Notes: generated by a model from the letters alone, not told the origin. A stretch of DNA of 64,000 nucleotides from an uncultured Verrucomicrobiae bacterium (GCA_963837955.1 CAWIPH010000002.1:4832001-4896000), one strand, 5' to 3'; counted from the stretch's first letter, positions 1-9,293 are shown. A program made the numbers and translations.

Positions 1-1289
1 CCGCCGTCCAAGATGCGCGCAACGACATCAATGGTTAGCCCGGTAGTAAATGTATAGGGAGTAGTGCTCGGACCGTAAGATTGCGTGCCAGGAGTCTGCA
101 AGAAAATGGTCTGCTTAGTGTCTGACCTAATGGTAACTGGCATACCACTCTTTGCTACCGTCATGGGAGAGTTATTTGTGCGGATACGCCCTTTCGCTTG
201 CAGCGCTTGGACGACTATTTGAACATCCGAAAGATTTAACACGAGTCCGCTCGAAAAGAAGGATCCGGGTGCGAGAAGTTTACCAGTAACCGTCTGAAGA
301 TTGCTCGCCGGGGGTATACCACCGCTGCCGGTCAAAGAAAACTTAGCTCCTTGCCCATTTTGCAAACCGAGCGTTTGACTCCAATCAATCCCGCCACCGA
401 TAGAATTCGTATCGCTTACTTCGATCACATAGGTCTTTATTAAGATTTGTTGCTCTCTGTGATCCAGGCGCCGCAGCTCGGCGCTCACGAGCTCCTGCTG
501 ATCCGGCGTAGCTCGAACGACAAGCGAGTTGCTGCTGCGTTCCACGAAAATCGAAGTCTGGTCATTTTTCTGAAATCCGCCCATTGAAAGCGGCGCGTCG
601 AAAGGAGATCCTGGCTCGAAACGCGGGCGGCTTTGATCAGAGCCGGTACCGCTCGAAACGGCCAACGCGTCTTGGGTGACATTGGTAGTGTTCTCTGGCT
701 TGGGGTAGGCTGGAAAATTCGGCGCTGCCTGATTGACCTTAATTCCGAGGAAATTGGCGATCGGTTGCAAAAGGAACTCCGCCGGCTGATTTCGGATAAC
801 ATAACGCTTGGTGACGTAGAAACTTGGATTCTCAATATCGGATCGGCGCAATGTGTACTGCTGGCCATCACTCACGACTTGAAATCCCCGAGATTGAGCA
901 ATCTGATAAAACGCTTGGAGCGGAGTCAGGTTCGTCAATGTAACAGAGATATGCTCGTCTGCGGGAATATTAGGCTCGATATAATTTACACCCGCCTGTT
1001 CAGCGAGGATCCGTAAGACCCGAGCAATAGGCTGATTAGTATAACGATGCGTTCTCGGCTTATCCGGCGGCATCTGCGCGGCGGCGGCTGCCTCGGAGTT
1101 TTCACGCTCGCGCAGGAGCCGTTCAATTTGGTCTACCACCGTATCATTAGGTTGGTTCCCTTCTCCAGAAATTGATTGAGGATTAACATTCCCGCCCGAA
1201 GGCGCTGTTGGACTTGGACTCACGTCGGGTAAGTTCTGACTTAGAGCCAGCGTGGGTAATAAGGCGACGAGAATATGAATTCTATTCAT
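1..1289 (-). CDS. Secretin (PilQ/GspD family), 3'-truncated by the window edge; not in ORF track
   Basis: Manual translation from ATG 1289: MNRIHILVALLPTLALSQ (signal peptide)...NQPIARVLRILAEQAGVNYI (N0)...VERSSNSLVVRATPDQQELVSAELRRLDHREQQILIKTYVIEV...GIDW (N3/secretin junction)...QALQAKGRIRTNNSP...TGLTIDVVARI; open to position 1. Confidence 0.9.
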   Translation of the reverse strand, partial: MNRIHILVALLPTLALSQNLPDVSPSPTAPSGGNVNPQSISGEGNQPNDTVVDQIERLLRERENSEAAAAAQMPPDKPRTHRYTNQPIARVLRILAEQAGVNYIEPNIPADEHISVTLTNLTPLQAFYQIAQSRGFQVVSDGQQYTLRRSDIENPSFYVTKRYVIRNQPAEFLLQPIANFLGIKVNQAAPNFPAYPKPENTTNVTQDALAVSSGTGSDQSRPRFEPGSPFDAPLSMGGFQKNDQTSIFVERSSNSLVVRATPDQQELVSAELRRLDHREQQILIKTYVIEVSDTNSIGGGIDWSQTLGLQNGQGAKFSLTGSGGIPPASNLQTVTGKLLAPGSFFSSGLVLNLSDVQIVVQALQAKGRIRTNNSPMTVAKSGMPVTIRSDTKQTIFLQTPGTQSYGPSTTPYTFTTGLTIDVVARILDG

Positions 1290-1872
1290 CGTGATTTGGC
1301 GAAGGTTTCCTGCGTTCTAACTGGATGCGTTCGGGGATATAGTCACCCTGGTAAGGAATTTTACAGAGAGCGGATTTGAACCCTGGGAGCAAAAGCGTAA
1401 CGCCGTTGGTTTGGATTTCGCCAACCTCGAGGAAGATGCTCTCTTTGGTTCCCTCGGTTTTTTCGAGTGGAAGTCCGTAGGTTTTAGCAAGTTCTTCTAG
1501 CTGCAGAAGTTCGTTCTGGCCGATCGACAGAGGAATTTTCTCTCCTTGAGTAAACGCGACACCGTTAATGAGCGCAATGCCCCGAGTTGCCGTGTCGCCG
1601 GTGCTAACTCCCTGAACAAAGAGTTCATTCTTAATGGCTTGGATAATCGTGTCCAAGTACTGCTGAGCTGCCTTCGCTGTGAATGATGCCCCAAGATCAG
1701 TGCCTCCGCGGACCAGAGTTTGCTTAGCGTCAGCGCTGATGAAAGGGTCCCGCGTCGACGGTGCGTATCGAAACACATACAGATCCGGCAACCTCGGAAG
1801 AACCACGTCAGCGGAGTTCGCGTACTCCGAAGAAGCCAAAAGAATCATGGAAAGCGCGAAATAGGGTCTCAT
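1282..1872 (-). CDS. PilP/GspC-like periplasmic protein
   Basis: Signal peptide, RDPF motif, 'ALINGVAFTQGEKI'; immediately upstream of the secretin. Confidence 0.6.
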   Translation of the reverse strand: MRPYFALSMILLASSEYANSADVVLPRLPDLYVFRYAPSTRDPFISADAKQTLVRGGTDLGASFTAKAAQQYLDTIIQAIKNELFVQGVSTGDTATRGIALINGVAFTQGEKIPLSIGQNELLQLEELAKTYGLPLEKTEGTKESIFLEVGEIQTNGVTLLLPGFKSALCKIPYQGDYIPERIQLERRKPSPNHDE

Positions 1873-2444
1873 TTTCCGTTCATTAATCGGATTGTGAAAC
1901 GGGAATCGAGATAGGTCGGTGCGGTCGAGAAGGCAGGGACACCGGCAGGCCTATTCAGTGCGACCTTATCGAAGTAGAGAAAGGCATTGGCATTTTCAAG
2001 CTCCGCGATGAGCGAGACCGCTCTGGTGAACTCGAGAGTCGAAGATCCGGCGACATAGATAAGAGCTGTTTCGCCATTTGGTACTCGAGACGGCTGTGTA
2101 ACAACGCCCATCTCGGTCAGCCGACTGATTACGAAAGGCTCTTGATCGCCAGTGTCGCGATTCGCAAGGAGCGACCGATTGGTTGAATTCCGGCTCATTT
2201 CCAAGCTCTTTGTCCTAGCAATCGATTCGTTTAATCGCGTGAAGAGAGCGCTAATTCTTACTTGGCTCCGCTTGAGACCATTAATCTCCGCTTCCAGCCT
2301 ACTGTTCGCTTGAGTCTGAAGCTGATTAGTCAACGTTAGGTCTTCGAGGCTGGACCAACTTCGGACGAGTAGGAAAGCTTCCACACCCAGCAAGAGAATG
2401 ACTAAAAAGCAGAGTGAGGCGACAATCTGAAAAACTGATTTCAT
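1869..2444 (-). CDS. PilO-like bitopic protein
   Basis: N-terminal TM, coiled coil, C-terminal 'LIAELENANAFLYFDKVAL'; operon position. Confidence 0.55.
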   Translation of the reverse strand: MKSVFQIVASLCFLVILLLGVEAFLLVRSWSSLEDLTLTNQLQTQANSRLEAEINGLKRSQVRISALFTRLNESIARTKSLEMSRNSTNRSLLANRDTGDQEPFVISRLTEMGVVTQPSRVPNGETALIYVAGSSTLEFTRAVSLIAELENANAFLYFDKVALNRPAGVPAFSTAPTYLDSRFTIRLMNGK

Positions 2445-2462
2445 AAGGTTGCAGCAAGCGAC

Positions 2463-3131
2463 TCACAACGAATCCGGCTCGGAGATCTTGGTGAGACCTA
2501 GACTTAGGTAGTTGCCGTTGGGTTTAATGGAATACTGGATTTGAATAGGAACCAGCCCGTCTGATCGCTTATCAAGTTGAGTGGTCCGCAAAAGTTCTGA
2601 ACCAGGCGGGAGGATTTTTGCGAGATTATCTTTGAAACGATCAATCGCGTCGTCGCTTCCCAGCTTAGCAGTTCCTTGCAAAAGCAATGTGTAATCTTGC
2701 GGTACGCGGTATATACCCCCGCTAACGGCGACTGCCTGGTAGTTCCCAGTCTCAATAAGAACAGAGTCGAGCACAACGTCAGAGGGGATGCCTTTTTGGA
2801 TGGCCGAAAGAAGGGCACCGTTGGGAATACGATTACGCAATACCGGTTCCCATTGGCGGATTTGCCCGAGCTTTTGGCGCAAGTCGCGAAGGTTTGCATT
2901 CTGACTTTGCAAATCTGTCGCTTGAATTAGCACCCGTGATCGGATGGCGATCTGCTCCTGAAAATGGTTCCAAAGGAAAATTCCGAAAGCGCCCAGCGGC
3001 ACCTGCAGGAACGCCATAGCAAGCAGCAACGATCCAGCGATCCGAAATGCCCGGTCATGTTTATATCTTTGCAGCAGAATCCGTTCAGGAGAGACAAAGA
3101 GATGTTTCATACAATTTTGCTTTCGAGCCAC
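2463..3131 (-). CDS. PilN-like bitopic protein
   Basis: TM, coiled coil, 'LLSAIQKGIPSDVVLDSV...LLLQGTA...IDRFKDNL' resembles PilN. Confidence 0.65.
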   Translation of the reverse strand: MARKQNCMKHLFVSPERILLQRYKHDRAFRIAGSLLLAMAFLQVPLGAFGIFLWNHFQEQIAIRSRVLIQATDLQSQNANLRDLRQKLGQIRQWEPVLRNRIPNGALLSAIQKGIPSDVVLDSVLIETGNYQAVAVSGGIYRVPQDYTLLLQGTAKLGSDDAIDRFKDNLAKILPPGSELLRTTQLDKRSDGLVPIQIQYSIKPNGNYLSLGLTKISEPDSL

Positions 3132-4141
3132 ATGAGGAGATATGCCCTCGCATCTCTGACCTCTTCTCGTGTTCCGTTTGCGTTTCGGACGATAATTTCA
3201 GCTCCATGAATCCTTTCTAATGCTTCTCCGTCTAGTGCGAGTCCCTGTAAGCGCGACGCCAGGGTTCTTGGCGACTCGGCGCCCGACCATACGCAAATGT
3301 ATGGTTGCTGATTAGCGTCTAATTCGGTGGCGATTGCCCCGAGCTCCTTCTCAACAAAATCGATATCTCTCTCGTACTGCCGAATAAGTGTTACCGCTTG
3401 GTTCTGAATGGCAGCGACGACTATCGTTTGTTTCAATAGGAGAACTAGAAATCCGGTGCGAGGTCCTAGAGGGATCTTTTCCATGAACCAACGCAAAGAG
3501 ACGATAGGAACAGGTATAATGCCGAGTAATGATCCTTGCTGACTCTCTGCCCACGCTTCGCATTCCTCGCAGTACTCCCTTGGAATCCCAACGATCATTA
3601 AGTGGCCATGCTGACGGTCAATAGGCCCTTTTATCTCTCGAAGGTTTGGACCCAAAACTGACCACCGGAACTCACGCGTGTCGTCCCAGGCACCGATTAC
3701 TTGGCGAGGCTCTTCGTGAAGGCTCTCCAGAAGACCTTCGACGGAATAGTCCCGCAAGTTTTTAGTATTGTGCATGTTGCAATAAAGATCCTCGACGCCA
3801 AAGTCTGGAACGAGGACGATTTTCGGTGAGCCGTGCAGGCGATTTCTCGCGAATAGCTTGGCCGTAAATGCTTTCGCCACAGGAGACGATCCCCTCGGAG
3901 TCGTCGGAATGGGTGGATGATCGGCGATTTCGCCAATCTTATCTTCATAGGCCGCTGCCCTGTGACGGCGGACAACCACTACCGATGCGGCTTCCGACGA
4001 AAGAAAGAATAAGACGATCGGTTCGTCTTGGGAAACCAACCCGCCCGCCATATAATATCGCAGAGGAAAGTTCCGAAAATAATGAGCGAACGAATAATTC
4101 ATGGCGCCTGTTTTCTTACCAGCTTCATCTATTCTTAACAA
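3107..4141 (-). CDS. Divergent PilM/GspL-like cytoplasmic protein
   Basis: 344 aa between PilC and PilN-like genes; only weak resemblance to an actin-like fold; alternative ATG at 4102. Confidence 0.45.
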   Translation of the reverse strand: MLRIDEAGKKTGAMNYSFAHYFRNFPLRYYMAGGLVSQDEPIVLFFLSSEAASVVVVRRHRAAAYEDKIGEIADHPPIPTTPRGSSPVAKAFTAKLFARNRLHGSPKIVLVPDFGVEDLYCNMHNTKNLRDYSVEGLLESLHEEPRQVIGAWDDTREFRWSVLGPNLREIKGPIDRQHGHLMIVGIPREYCEECEAWAESQQGSLLGIIPVPIVSLRWFMEKIPLGPRTGFLVLLLKQTIVVAAIQNQAVTLIRQYERDIDFVEKELGAIATELDANQQPYICVWSGAESPRTLASRLQGLALDGEALERIHGAEIIVRNANGTREEVRDARAYLLMWLESKIV

Positions 4142-4158
4142 CTCTTTTCTTTTGTGTT

Positions 4159-5376
4159 CTATATACTTTGTAGAATTTGGACGGCTGGCAAAAAGGTGGC
4201 GAATACAATCCCGCCAATAACGATGCCCAAAACGATGATAAGTAATGGATCCAAGATTTGGCGAATCGCTCCGAGGTACGCGTCCAATTGCCGCTCAAGC
4301 AGGTCCGTGAGCCGAAATAAGCCTTCGCTACCCGCCCCTGACGCCTCCATGAAGGTCAAGCCGTTTACTACTAAGTCACCGAAGATTTCCAAATCGTTCT
4401 GGAGTGCCGCCGCGAAGGACTCGCCCCGATGCACGCGCACCAGAGTGCGAGCCACCGCGGATCGATATTCATAATTCCAAGAGAGATCTCGACACAGGAG
4501 CAAAGCCTGCGTTGTCTTTGCGCGAGCGGTTTTGAGTTGGGCAAACGTGCGACTGAAATTAGCCCGAATAAGCAGCAAAAGTAGTTTACCAAATATTGGA
4601 ATGCGGAACACAAAGCGATGGAGACGCGGTGTCCGTCTCACAATTGCTGGGAAACGCAAGATTGCGGTTACAACCAGAGATAGTCCGATCGATAGAAGAA
4701 TTGGATGTTGCGAACTAAATTGAGAAGTCTGTAAAAGCAGCTGGGTGGGAAGCGGCAGTTCCGCATGCATTTCGCCGAGGACATGAATGAATTGGGGCAC
4801 GACTTTTGTCATCAAGAGCCAAACCACGCCGCACGCGGCTATTAGAACGATGACCGGATAAATCAACATCATGAGCATGCGATATCGTAAATCATCGTTA
4901 CGAGCCCAGATCTTGCGCACGTTAGTTAGTGCTTCACTTAGAGTTCCCCCCTCCTCTCCAGCAGTAATAAGGCCGGTCGAGACTTCATCGAAGATCTGCG
5001 GATAAGATCTTACGGCCTGTGAAAAGCCTGAACCTCGGGTGACTTGGTCCCTTAGGTCGGCAATCACGCTTGCCATGCGACGACCGGCCTTTGTCCGTTG
5101 AGAGGTGGTATTTAGGCAGATTGCGAGCGCTGTACGGAAATCCATCCCCAGATAGGCGCTAGTCTCCAGTTGCTCAATAAAGGTTAGCTTGGTACGGAGC
5201 GGAACCTGAATTGATTGAGTGCTCGCCTTCGACCTCTGGGCCAGCGAGACGCTGATTACTGGCCGATTTAGATTGATTAGTCGAAGATTCAATTCGGCTG
5301 ACGACGCAGCGTCGATGCTAGCCCTGAGGTAGGGCGCGCCTTTAGCCTCTTGCGTGATGTACTCGTAGCGAGCCAT
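4159..5376 (-). CDS. pilC: Type II secretion system F / PilC platform protein
   Basis: Two T2SSF repeats: 'GEEGGTLSEAL...MLIYPVIV...VVPQF...LPLPTQLL', 'ILDPLLIIVLGIVIGGIV...FLP'. Confidence 0.9.
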   Translation of the reverse strand: MARYEYITQEAKGAPYLRASIDAASSAELNLRLINLNRPVISVSLAQRSKASTQSIQVPLRTKLTFIEQLETSAYLGMDFRTALAICLNTTSQRTKAGRRMASVIADLRDQVTRGSGFSQAVRSYPQIFDEVSTGLITAGEEGGTLSEALTNVRKIWARNDDLRYRMLMMLIYPVIVLIAACGVVWLLMTKVVPQFIHVLGEMHAELPLPTQLLLQTSQFSSQHPILLSIGLSLVVTAILRFPAIVRRTPRLHRFVFRIPIFGKLLLLLIRANFSRTFAQLKTARAKTTQALLLCRDLSWNYEYRSAVARTLVRVHRGESFAAALQNDLEIFGDLVVNGLTFMEASGAGSEGLFRLTDLLERQLDAYLGAIRQILDPLLIIVLGIVIGGIVFATFLPAVQILQSI

Positions 5377-5423
5377 TAGTCAGCGTTGACGGTTCTGAGT
5401 TTGTGGCCAGTCGTGTTCTAACT

Positions 5424-5879
5424 CTAAGGCGTGGGTGAGGGAGCGCTCGTCGGAATGTTATATTTCGCCAGGTAGGGATTGTTGCTCCCATCTGCTGGTT
5501 TGAACCAGGGACTTCCGCCCCAGGTATCGAGTTGGAAATTGCCTCCTGTACCTTGGTCAAGATCGGTCTGAGATTGGAGCTGTTGACCAAATCTTAACAA
5601 ATACTTCTGCAGAGTTGGGAAATCGACGGGGTGTGAATCAGGAAATGGAGTAGGCGAGGGAGCAACCGCTGCTTCCGCATCCAGTTGATATTGCACTTTC
5701 GCTTTCTGAATTGCATCGAGGCGATCCGCAACCATCGCAGCTTGTGACTTTTTCATGGAATCGACTATCGCAGGATAAATAATCGCAGCGAGCGTAGCGA
5801 TGATGGTCAGTACGACGAGCAGCTCGACCAGCGTCAAACCTCGCTGCGTTTTGCTTTTTTTAGCGAAACTGTTTTGCAT
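5424..5879 (-). CDS. Type IV prepilin / pseudopilin
   Basis: Class III signal KKSKTQRG|LTLVELLVVLTII with E5; ATG 5879 preceded by GAGG. Confidence 0.92.
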   Translation of the reverse strand: MQNSFAKKSKTQRGLTLVELLVVLTIIATLAAIIYPAIVDSMKKSQAAMVADRLDAIQKAKVQYQLDAEAAVAPSPTPFPDSHPVDFPTLQKYLLRFGQQLQSQTDLDQGTGGNFQLDTWGGSPWFKPADGSNNPYLAKYNIPTSAPSPTP

Positions 5880-5899
5880 GAGATTTCTCAACCTCGTTC

Positions 5900-5945
5900 T
5901 ATTTTGATTACATAATAATGTTATGTTGTTATGTATTAACAAAGC
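5900..5945 (-). promoter_or_regulatory. AT-rich putative promoter/operator of the pilin operon
   Basis: Very AT-rich; inverted repeat TACATAA...TTATGTA and repeated TTATGT just upstream of the pilin RBS. Confidence 0.4.
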
Positions 5946-6249
5946 CCGTTTCTAGATAAGAGAGCGCTCCCGAGCAATCACAAAATCAGGATCCGAAGAA
6001 AGATTTAACGTATTTGTCGCAGAGTCAGTGAGTATCATTGTCTGTTCGCATCAATGCGGAATTTTAGAGCTGTGGTCTCACAGCATAATGCGCTAAGCGC
6101 AGAATTTCGGGACCAAAAAAAATGGCGCCTGCAAAGGATTATTCAGAATCTCCTCGTTCGCAGAGATCACTGCAGACACGCAGGACGTCGCGGATCCTGG
6201 CTTCGTAGTTTTTCAGATCCTCAAAATTGCGAATCCCCGCATCCTTTTG

Positions 6250-7092
6250 TCACTTCGCTACGGAAATTGTGAGCGACTCAGCTTGATAATTTAGGTCGAT
6301 AGAAAGTCCACCAGTTGAATTGCCTCCCTGGAACAGAGCGGAGGCGTCGAGCCCCTTGGCGATGAGCTGGTTCGGAGATCGCATCTCACTCACCCAAACA
6401 TCTTGTATCCGAAGACGGTGTGTTCGTTCTTGCAGATCCGGTACCGGCAAATTGCGGCAACCATCAACAGTGCTGACAAATCCGACTAGCTGATCGTCGA
6501 CCCAGAGTAACCCGTCAGCATTCTGATCGACCATCCGTAGCTGAATGGTTCCGTTGCGCGCCCTCTTTTCATTCAAGATGCGTCGGTACTCGACCACAGG
6601 AGGCGGCCACTCTTCATCAGGAATGCGCCCGGATTCTGCGACTGTTAAAGCGCGGTCATAGCCACTGCCATACGTCGGCGCGAAACGCTTGCCGAGTTCG
6701 CTGAAATACAAAAGGATCCTATTTAACGTCGTTCGCCCGGCTGTTGAATGGCTCAGCTGTTCGGCAGCCCAAGCGTCCGCTAACGCTTCGTTTCTGGTGT
6801 GGAGCGCGAGGTGGCCGTACTCGTGAACTCGAAAGAAAAAGGATGAACCAGGATGAGCCCTATCGATCTTGATCGCTCGTTTCGGACAAAGAAAGATAAC
6901 TCCGTGCGGATTGAAGAGTGTCGGCTGGAACGCGATACCGATCCCACCATTCGTTTTAGTACAATCTTCGCGAACCGGAACGTTCTGCAGCGAGGGCGGC
7001 GGCACCCATTGGGCCCGTCCGTTCCAGATCCCGCCGAAAAGTAACCAAGCAGGACATGCGAGCACAAAGACATTCTGCCTGAACCTGCTCAT
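6250..7092 (-). CDS. Exported HExxH zinc-metallopeptidase-like protein with C-terminal beta (PEGA-like) domain
   Basis: 'VHEYGHLALHTRNEALADAWA' (HExxH...E..AD); signal-like segment after ATG 7092; ORF open to 7221. Confidence 0.6.
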   Translation of the reverse strand: MSRFRQNVFVLACPAWLLFGGIWNGRAQWVPPPSLQNVPVREDCTKTNGGIGIAFQPTLFNPHGVIFLCPKRAIKIDRAHPGSSFFFRVHEYGHLALHTRNEALADAWAAEQLSHSTAGRTTLNRILLYFSELGKRFAPTYGSGYDRALTVAESGRIPDEEWPPPVVEYRRILNEKRARNGTIQLRMVDQNADGLLWVDDQLVGFVSTVDGCRNLPVPDLQERTHRLRIQDVWVSEMRSPNQLIAKGLDASALFQGGNSTGGLSIDLNYQAESLTISVAK

Positions 7093-7369
7093 GCGATGAG
7101 CCCTTGAACGGCCTGTTTCGCCTCCGCGCACCACAGGTGGAGAGAGCAAGCGACGCTCTGAATCAGGATGCAGCAAACCAACCGCCAGAGTAAGCCAAGC
7201 GGGAGAGCGCATTTCGTTCACAACTCATCCTAATACACAAAGCCACCAAAAGGGCATAAAGCGCGAGGAGCAAAAACCACCGCCTAACGCTTTGATTCTG
7301 CCGGGTCGGTTGCTCATTTGGCTTGGGTGGAACCGCTGAGCCAGCGTTGAGGGATAACTCTCTTTCACT

Positions 7370-7987
7370 CTAGTCGCCAAAGGCTGAACCGAGACCCGTT
7401 ACCGAAGTGTGTCCAGTAAGTTTCAACACGAACTCCGTGCCAACCGGAACGTAGAGATAAAGTCCGTCGCGATAGATTGCTTTCTTAATCTTTGCGTTAT
7501 CCTGTCCGGTTTCAGCCTCTTCGCCGGCGAGCCCCTCTTTTCTGGTCTCATCCAACAGTGTTCCCTCTACGCCAATCTGGTGATCGCTGAGGTAGAATGT
7601 CCAGCGTCCCCGCCCGAGGATCCGGCCGCGTTCCGCATCACAAAAGCCCTGGCCGATCACCTTAGAACCGGCCGGTATCAATACTTGTCCAGCGGTTCCT
7701 AACACGTCTTGGTAAACGCTACCCGTAATTGTTACCCTCTCGTCGAGGTTATTGACTGCGCGTCCTAGCTTGCAATGAACGACTGTCTCATTCTCGGGCT
7801 GGTCTGCTCCAGAGCCGCAGTAGACAGAAAAGAAGCTCATTTGACCTGGCCAAGGAGTCGGAGTTGGCAACGCCGCACGGGGAGCGTTCCCGACAATCTT
7901 TGGCGGACTCTGAGCTCTCAAAGCAAACGAGCGGGCGTGTTCTGTCTCGGCTTTGAGTATCAAGATAAGGAAAAGGTAAGCCAACAT
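7370..7987 (-). CDS. TrbI/VirB10-like beta-domain exported protein
   Basis: 'VYQDV...VLIPAGSKVIG...GRI...GLAG...YVPVGTEFVL' resembles the TrbI/VirB10 C-terminal domain; hydrophobic N-terminus. Confidence 0.55.
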   Translation of the reverse strand: MLAYLFLILILKAETEHARSFALRAQSPPKIVGNAPRAALPTPTPWPGQMSFFSVYCGSGADQPENETVVHCKLGRAVNNLDERVTITGSVYQDVLGTAGQVLIPAGSKVIGQGFCDAERGRILGRGRWTFYLSDHQIGVEGTLLDETRKEGLAGEEAETGQDNAKIKKAIYRDGLYLYVPVGTEFVLKLTGHTSVTGLGSAFGD

Positions 7988-8048
7988 GTGTAAGTAGGTT
8001 TCCCAATCAGCAGGAAATTATCTTCTTACAGAGGGAACCAATCAGTGA

Positions 8049-9293
8049 TCAAGCACGGCGAGGCGTAGAGTTGTAAATTTCACCTCCCTCCCCTGGCTCG
8101 TACATCGCATCGAGGGCTTTCGCGATATCGCTGATTCGCTCCCGCATGCCCGGCAAAAGTCCCCGGCCTTCGTGTGCGACCAAAATGCAGACTTTGTGCT
8201 CAAGGAATACGCTGATTGGAATGTCGGCCAGTAACGTAACTGCAGCAACGCTGGAGCCATTTAACATTCTCACAAATTCCCGGCTGGCCCGGAGCAATCC
8301 GGGCGCACTGAATGCTGCTCCCAGGTGAAAGCCTTCCGGAAGGTCTCCTCCCATCACGGTCCCGTCTTCCAACAAGATCAAGGCACCTTTCACTTTGGGG
8401 AAAGTGCGCAGAAGCTTTGCCACCTGACGAGCATCAAGAAAATCGTCGGTTAGAAAAATCTCTTGAAGGCGTTCCAGTCCCAAACGGCGGAGTGGCTTAC
8501 CCGAGGTCGGAGATGTCAGCTCTGGTCCCACTGCGACCGTGCTGGAGTGCGGAGCAGGTTCCGGTGGACCTCCAGGATGTCTCTGACCGAACTCGGGCGC
8601 TCCATCCGGGCGATGCGAACCGACCTTGGGAAGGTCCTTGAACGGATCAGGACGTGTCTCTAGTTGTGGAAGAACCATCGGGGGAGAAGGCGGCCACGTT
8701 ACCTGAATCGCCGGAGGGTTCGGTGGTGCCGATTGAGGTTTTTCCCGAATCAATGGGAACGAGTTCGTCTCTCCCGAAAACTGGGGCGGGTTGGATGGCT
8801 CGGTTCGAGACGGATCATTCTGGGCCGCTCTCTCTAGTCTAAAGAATCCCTCGTCTTCGCGTGCGACCTGAGCAATCGGCGTGTCGAAATCGGTCGAAGG
8901 TGCGTTAGGCGCTTCCGCGTTCTCCGAGCGTAGGCAATTTTGTAGTTGCAGCACAACAGTCTTTAGAGACAAGGGGAAGAGTACTTCGTCTTTCGCCGCC
9001 GGTGGGACCAGCTTCGGATAGGTGCGACGGAGCACGCCCGCGGTAACCACGACACGCCCTTCCATCAACCCCTGGGTGTCGCGAAACTGAATGCGAATTT
9101 CCGGCGCGGTGAGACTCGACCAATTGAGAGTAGCACCCCCACCGCTGTCGACGAAATCTTCTGGCCGCAAAACGATAGTCTGGTCGGCCAATTCGGCCGA
9201 TTCTTCCAGGCTCGCCGATTCGTTTGTACCAGCGGGTTCACCAGTCTGGCCTTTCAAATTGCGAAAGAGATAGTTCCCAAATTTAGGTGGCAT
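8049..9293 (-). CDS. Pro-rich protein with C-terminal roadblock/LC7 (MglB-like) domain
   Basis: C-terminus 'LLRTFPKVKGALILLEDGTVMGGDLP...VTLLADIPISVF...ILVAH'; central Pro-rich linker; ORF open to 9344. Confidence 0.6.
   Translation of the reverse strand: MPPKFGNYLFRNLKGQTGEPAGTNESASLEESAELADQTIVLRPEDFVDSGGGATLNWSSLTAPEIRIQFRDTQGLMEGRVVVTAGVLRRTYPKLVPPAAKDEVLFPLSLKTVVLQLQNCLRSENAEAPNAPSTDFDTPIAQVAREDEGFFRLERAAQNDPSRTEPSNPPQFSGETNSFPLIREKPQSAPPNPPAIQVTWPPSPPMVLPQLETRPDPFKDLPKVGSHRPDGAPEFGQRHPGGPPEPAPHSSTVAVGPELTSPTSGKPLRRLGLERLQEIFLTDDFLDARQVAKLLRTFPKVKGALILLEDGTVMGGDLPEGFHLGAAFSAPGLLRASREFVRMLNGSSVAAVTLLADIPISVFLEHKVCILVAHEGRGLLPGMRERISDIAKALDAMYEPGEGGEIYNSTPRRA

Noticed and set aside
485..1016. 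ORFs 485..871(-) and 633..1016(+)
   Set aside because: Shadow frames of the secretin gene, which the track missed because it runs off the window.
6139..6252. In-frame continuation past the TGA of the HExxH gene (QKDAGIRNFEDLKNYEARIRD...)
   Set aside because: Only ~36 codons, no SECIS evidence; could be chance.
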